Source: Macrostomum lignano (lineage: Eukaryota). From it: a stretch of DNA of 38,684 nt. How positions within the stretch are numbered: position 1 is the stretch's first letter; the number at the start of each line of letters is the position of its first letter. Shown here piece by piece: positions 34,072 to 38,684 of the stretch. The notes beneath the pieces were generated by a model. The model was given only the letters and a program-made list of their open reading frames with translations, made no database searches and had not been told where the DNA came from. The stretch is taken from NCBI GenBank assembly GCA_002269645.1, contig NIVC01004665.1, positions 1 to 38,684 on the forward strand. Direction: 5' to 3'. The translations under genes and the position numbers were made by a program.

Positions 34072-36528
34072 TTACACAGTAAAACAGAACATTTTAGTTT
34101 CTTGCTGTTTACCATCTATCCTACGCCTATATCTATCCTTATAATACTTACAATAGTCATTGTGATTCTTGAAGAAATCTGTTATGTATTGTTGTTGGAA
34201 TTCACGTTTCTCACGTTGGGCTAGAGTCCTATAGTATTCACTCTCTGTTGCGGCAGTGTAAATTTCTCTAACAAGCATAAATGTTTTTTCCTCAGTTTCT
34301 AAAAATTCATAATTCTCTTCAAAGAAGTGAGCAAACCAATTACAATTCTGTATGAATTCATTAGTGTTTTCAATTACATTTTGAGATAGATATATTTCAC
34401 CCTTTGTTTGCTTGAAAATTTCTAGTAGGTGTTTCATCTCAGCAAACTTATATTTAGTCTTAAACTCCTCACTTTTCAAATATGGATCGGCCTTGTAAGT
34501 GTGTTTCTCAGGATCAATGATTTCGTTATCTGTTGTATATTTGCACGGGTAATTAATATTGATAATTCTCCTCTTCTCTGCATCTCCAATATTTTGTCTA
34601 AAGTCAGGCTTGTTATTACATTCGACTATTAGGGTTGCGTGTAAAACGACATTACACTGGCTTGAATATAAATTTCTAGCTTGGATAACCCCACCACCAG
34701 TTAGTAATTTTATTGATGCATTGTTCAAGACACCACTTACTTCTTGACTGATAACTAACCTCTTTTTATTAATTTGTGCTAGGGCTGGTTGTGGCCTGTC
34801 TATTCTTATTGGTAAATTCAAAACATCAGGACTCAGTGGTGCTGCATAATCAGATCCTAGAGTTCTAAGAAGTAGGTTGTCCTCAACCCCCTTCCCATTT
34901 CCACCAGCGCCATCAAACATTATAAAGTTTTCAACATTTTTGCCCATTAGAGCTGTAGCTATAACGGATTCCCAACTCTTTCTATTTTCTGGATCGGGAT
35001 GAATTTGGTTATGCAGATTAACAATGAACTCATAGTGGTAATCACTCACTCCAAGTACATCCGAGTAATTATATCCCACCGATTTAGTAACGTAATCGTC
35101 ATATCTATACTCGCGAAACTCGCCTGTAAGAAGGTCGTATACTCCATCGTTAAACCCTAGCAGATTCCATTTCATGTCGAATTCAATTTCTTTGTTAGTA
35201 AACCTCTCTTTGAACAAAGTAGTTACCTGTTTGAGTTTGTTGGCTCCTTGTATTGAATTTATATTCTTTATTGTACTCTGTAGTTTCTTTTCAAGTGCTT
35301 TTAACTTCTCTTTATCATCAGCCGCCTTCTTAATTGCAATTTCGAGTCTAGTCTTTCGGTGGTTTAACTCACTGCTAACAAGTTCTGATATTTTAAGAAA
35401 TATGTCATTTATACTACTTAGTTCTCTCCACTTATCATCATCAAAATAGTAAATACCATCGCTATTGTAAATTATATTATTCTTCTTATATTCATAAACA
35501 AAGTTGGTTATGTTAACGTCAGTGAAATTATCATCAAGATACTCAATCCTACCATAGTAATCATATTTGCTTTTCCATTCCTTATATTTACAATAATTTT
35601 CTTCACTAGCCCATTTCTTCAACGTACCGATAGTAAGTCTGTCCTGTGCATCAGCAGAGCTGGTATTGGTGCTATTCCACACATTTTTACATGCCTCGGA
35701 ATCGAACTTATCATAATTTACTTTTGACCAATCAGTGAATACTTTGTACATTTCATCACCACTGTCTATGTCGCGGAGTATAAGTGCAACCTTGTACCAA
35801 GAATCATAGTCTTGGTTTTTGTGTTGTATTATACTTAACAACTTTGAAACTCCTTCACAACTGGGTGATGGAACGGTGCTTTTTAGTGCCTGTTTATCTT
35901 GTTCTTGGATTTCATTTTTATCCCGTGGCTTTATTAATCTATTTATCTCATCAAGAATTACATCTGGCATGTCTATAAGTCCCTCGCACTTTGTACGTTT
36001 GTATTCCTTCATTTCACCATCCACATAATAGAAACCTGGTGGAGCAAATACTAAAGCTGGAATATCAAAACCCACACTTTGTTGAATCGTTACTTTCAAT
36101 CCATCTACTTTGTTAAAGTAAAAGTGGTGTCCCTTGTTTGTCTGAACAACCCAATCACAATGAGTCATACACAGTTCATTCAACTCAGGGCATAGGTCAG
36201 CATTATCAATATCGATTACGGTTATATTTGAGTTTCTAGTATCTATCCAAATCATGTTGTCTACCTCTGGTCGAAATGGTGGGGAGGTTGAATTCCTATC
36301 TGCTTTGTTTGGCATTCCTGACGGTATTTTTTTCTTTGTTTTACTATTCCATGTTACACTGCAACTTCCGAATTTAAAATTAAGTTCTCCATAGAGATTA
36401 ATTAGTTTATCGTACGATTTTGTTTGTTTTAAATTTGTCAATCTTGGTGGTGGGGCATCATGTTTTTGAAGCGGATCCTGTACGATCACAGGAGAGAAAC
36501 TTGAATCGTTTTGATTTTTTCTTTCCAT
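34072..36528 (-). CDS. D5-like primase-helicase (PrimPol + PriCT-2 + D5_N + SF3 helicase), 818 aa
   Basis: VIDID and TNKGHHFYF..DI..VFAPP (PrimPol); DYDSWYKV..WSK..W (PriCT-2); LLGFNDGVYDL (D5_N); Walker A GAGGNGKG; Walker B LVISQE; motif C VECN; Arg finger EKRRI. AAAATGG start at 36528. Confidence 0.92.
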   Translation of the reverse strand: MERKNQNDSSFSPVIVQDPLQKHDAPPPRLTNLKQTKSYDKLINLYGELNFKFGSCSVTWNSKTKKKIPSGMPNKADRNSTSPPFRPEVDNMIWIDTRNSNITVIDIDNADLCPELNELCMTHCDWVVQTNKGHHFYFNKVDGLKVTIQQSVGFDIPALVFAPPGFYYVDGEMKEYKRTKCEGLIDMPDVILDEINRLIKPRDKNEIQEQDKQALKSTVPSPSCEGVSKLLSIIQHKNQDYDSWYKVALILRDIDSGDEMYKVFTDWSKVNYDKFDSEACKNVWNSTNTSSADAQDRLTIGTLKKWASEENYCKYKEWKSKYDYYGRIEYLDDNFTDVNITNFVYEYKKNNIIYNSDGIYYFDDDKWRELSSINDIFLKISELVSSELNHRKTRLEIAIKKAADDKEKLKALEKKLQSTIKNINSIQGANKLKQVTTLFKERFTNKEIEFDMKWNLLGFNDGVYDLLTGEFREYRYDDYVTKSVGYNYSDVLGVSDYHYEFIVNLHNQIHPDPENRKSWESVIATALMGKNVENFIMFDGAGGNGKGVEDNLLLRTLGSDYAAPLSPDVLNLPIRIDRPQPALAQINKKRLVISQEVSGVLNNASIKLLTGGGVIQARNLYSSQCNVVLHATLIVECNNKPDFRQNIGDAEKRRIININYPCKYTTDNEIIDPEKHTYKADPYLKSEEFKTKYKFAEMKHLLEIFKQTKGEIYLSQNVIENTNEFIQNCNWFAHFFEENYEFLETEEKTFMLVREIYTAATESEYYRTLAQREKREFQQQYITDFFKNHNDYCKYYKDRYRRRIDGKQQETKMFCFTV

Positions 36529-36544
36529 TTTATTTAAAATAAAT

Positions 36545-36886
36545 TTAACAATATAATTCATCAGTTTCAATGTACTTCTCAAGGGTTATGGGGAGTTTGA
36601 AAATGTTCAACTTAAGCATGACGAAAAATTCATCATTCCTTATGTGCTGTCTTGAAATCAATGCCCATTTATCAACATGTGCAAGATATACTCTGAATGA
36701 ATACAAATAAGGGGGGCATTTACAATCGGTGTGTTTTAATATTTCTGCTTTATATTCATCGTAAGCTTTATCAATTTCTTCAATTAGTCGAGCCTTTCGA
36801 GTGGGTGTTTTTATTTGAGAGAAATTTATAATAGAATCATAATACTTTTGTGGCAGTGCATTTCGTACATTTGGGTTAGCTTCCAT
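36545..36886 (-). CDS. Hypothetical protein, 113 aa
   Basis: Same AAAAATGG start context as its neighbours; packed directly upstream of D5; contains DCKCPPY. No family recognised. Confidence 0.6.
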   Translation of the reverse strand: MEANPNVRNALPQKYYDSIINFSQIKTPTRKARLIEEIDKAYDEYKAEILKHTDCKCPPYLYSFRVYLAHVDKWALISRQHIRNDEFFVMLKLNIFKLPITLEKYIETDELYC

Positions 36887-36983
36887 TTTTCTATGAAAAA
36901 TTTAACATTTTGCTTTCTTTTGGGCAAATTTCTATAGATAATCCAACTTTAGCATTTTCTGTGTATCATTATACTTTGTCTTC

Positions 36984-37199
36984 TTAATTTTTCGCTACTT
37001 TTGCGCCTACTTCATTGGCAGCTTTTTTATTATTGACTGTCTTTGCGATTCCGGCTGCACCTGCCTGTCTTATGAGAGGTAGATTGTCTTTTAGTAAGTT
37101 GGAATGGTGCTTCTAGTATCAAAATACCCTCTCCATTGTACTCTAGGGCTCACCTATTGTATACTCTCTTAGCTTGCGTGGATCTGTAACGGGGCACAT
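36984..37199 (-). pseudogene. Disrupted small basic core-like protein
   Basis: Fragments across frames: PRYRSTQAKRVYNR*ALEYNGEGI, then NLLKDNLPLIRQAGAAGIAKTVNNKKAANEVGAKVAKN*. The YxGxGI motif plus an Ala/Lys-rich tail resembles Polinton small basic proteins. Confidence 0.45.
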
Positions 37200-37361
37200 T
37201 TTTGTCTATTTTTAGAAACAGAAAAATAAACACAGGAACAGAAAGACTTTCAGACACCAAAGGCCAAACTCCATTGGGCTAAATGTGGCCTGCTCAAAGC
37301 GGTGATATATTTGTTTAAATTATTACCTTAATAAATGTTTGATATCAAATCATGTTGATAA

Positions 37362-37937
37362 TTATGGCGCATTAGATGGTTCTATATCAGCGCGGCATGT
37401 TGGGCACCTAACCATGTTGCCCTCTTGAATTCCAGTGCGATAACATATTTCACAAACTACAGCTCGACAACATGCCATGGTAACGTTTGGTGGCCGTGGT
37501 TCGTGTTGGCAGATTGGACAAAGCCCTTGATTATTCCCCGGCTGAGCTGGATGGTTCTGTACTTGAGTCGGGTTATCCTCTGGTTGAATATCAGCTAGTT
37601 GGTGCTCCATATCTTGGCGATAAGCAACCAAGCGCCTCTCTGCTTCTTGAACGCGACGTTTTTGAAGATAGTAGTTCTAGGAAAGGGTTTGGTGCGCTCG
37701 TATATGATTTTTGTAAACTAAAACCTTATAATGTAAAAACACTTTTTAACTAACCTTTAGCTGATTAAAGAAGCGCTCTTCATTAGCCAAATTTTGTGGG
37801 TTATACTCCAAAAAGATGTTGATGGCAATATCTCTAAACATTGAGTTCCTATGGTGTTGTCGCAAATTTCGCTCTCGAATTCTAAGAGTTGCTCTAGCGG
37901 CAGTAAGCCTCTCGTGCAAATTCGAGAAAGAAGGCAT
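37362..37937 (-). pseudogene. Helical-N-terminus + RING-finger protein (191 codons) with two in-frame stops
   Basis: Listed ORFs 37746-37937 and 37362-37631 share one frame, interrupted by TAA (37748-37746) and TAG (37679-37677). The C-terminus reads CPIC-x12-CC-x4-CEIC-x12-CPTC. Confidence 0.7.
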
Positions 37938-38003
37938 TGTAGGAATGATAATTTGTAAGAAGGTAAAGTTAGTAGAGAAAAATTACTAGACCTTGCCGCT
38001 CGT

Positions 38004-38020
38004 GGCCATTCATTTATATA
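38004..38020 (-). promoter_or_regulatory. Putative TATA promoter of the right arm
   Basis: The minus strand reads TATATAAATGAATGGCC, ~70 nt upstream of the RING ORF ATG. Confidence 0.4.
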
Positions 38021-38045
38021 TTTTTATGACAAAACGTCAGACCCC

Positions 38046-38146
38046 GCATTCCATTCAGACCAAAACACGAGACCAATTTTTATCTTTTTATTTTTCGAAA
38101 TTTTCTTCTCGCGTTTTGGTCTCGCGTTTTGGTCTGAATGGAATGC
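38046..38146. repeat. 31-bp inverted repeat (1 mismatch) forming a ~100-bp hairpin
   Basis: GCATTCCATTCAGACCAAAACACGAGACCAA (38046-38076) and TTGGTCTCGCGTTTTGGTCTGAATGGAATGC (38116-38146). Confidence 0.92.
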
Positions 38147-38154
38147 ATGACTCA

Positions 38155-38500
38155 GTGTAGCAAGAGTATAAGATAAAAAATATAAAACCCCGAATTCCTG
38201 TGTTAGTCATCGAGTGAAGTTTGCCTACTTGCTTTGCTATCTTGGTCGGACAATAGCCGACCATATTGTTGCGGTGCGAGCTTGCTTCTGTGTAGCAAGA
38301 GTAGATGAAAAAATATAAAACCCCGAATTCCTGCGTTAGTCATCGAGTGAAGTTTGCCTACTTGCTTTGCTATCTGGTCGGACAATAGCCGACCATATTG
38401 TTGCGGTGCGAGCTTGCTTCTGTGTGTAGCAAGAGTAGATAAAAATATACAACCCCGAATTCCTGCGTTAGTCATTGAGTAAGTTTGCCTACTTGCTCTA
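38155..38500. repeat. ~135-bp tandem repeat, ~2.5 copies
   Basis: GTGTAGCAAGAGTA...ACCCCGAATTCCTG.GTTAGTCAT.GAGT.AAGTTTGCCTACTTGCT recurs at ~38155, 38290 and 38424. The two complete units contain the hairpin TGGTCGG-ACAATAG-CCGACCA. Confidence 0.9.
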
Positions 38501-38684
38501 AGATAGTAATTTGTTTATTGACCCCGTTGGGAGTTTTTGTGCTTATGTTGTGTGTTTTAATGGTGACTATGGTGTTATGTCTAATTATGTGACAATTATG
38601 TCTAAATCGGATAAGTTGAAAGCCTGAAACAATAAGAACAGTTGATCCTTCAGTGGCTGAATTAATATGCACTCTATAAACAGA

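Larger units (their letters stand above)
29599..38500. mobile_element. Endogenous Polinton/adintovirus-related element, compact, with no capsid or integrase gene seen
   Basis: Abrupt switch to dense, intronless AT-rich ORFs; pPolB, D5 primase-helicase, RING and membrane ORFs; AGTAGT-type terminus at 29599. The right boundary is uncertain. Confidence 0.85.

Noticed and set aside
37677-37748. Alternative genetic code (TAA/TAG = Gln) in the element
   Set aside because: pPolB ends at a TAA just after its conserved C-terminal DDKRY motif, D5 also ends at TAA, and D5 has no internal TAR over 818 codons.
38472-38672. 66-aa minus-strand ORF at the window edge as a further viral gene
   Set aside because: No ATG start or motif, and it runs into the 135-bp repeat; it cannot be supported without downstream sequence.

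Overview
Eukaryotic (animal) genomic DNA, with GC-rich exons, GT-AG introns and repeat-filled AT-rich spacers. The style resembles a free-living flatworm such as Macrostomum, but that is inference only. Host part (1-29.5 kb): four spliced genes, namely a small HERC-type RCC1+HECT E3 ligase (minus, with three 1-nt frameshifts), DCN1/DCUN1D (minus, 4 exons), TMEM134 (plus, 5 exons) and a PAF-acetylhydrolase PLA2G7/PAFAH2-like gene (minus, 5 exons, start unresolved). Between and inside them are two tRNA-derived SINE families, several DNA-transposon MITEs, a Penelope-like fragment with a degenerate hammerhead, a Helitron fragment and many intronic tandem arrays. One array is a ~59 x 50-bp satellite that arose from inside a SINE. 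From ~29.6 kb to ~38.5 kb lies an AT-rich, intronless, compact Polinton/adintovirus-related element with two convergent arms. The left arm encodes a membrane protein ending in PTAP and a protein-primed PolB with eroded proofreading motifs. The right arm encodes a RING protein, a core-like basic protein remnant, an orphan ORF and an intact PrimPol-PriCT2-D5 primase-helicase. Each end carries a ~100-bp hairpin and an inward-facing TATA motif. No capsid, packaging ATPase, protease or integrase gene is recognisable in the window. All calls come from manual motif reading; no searches were run.
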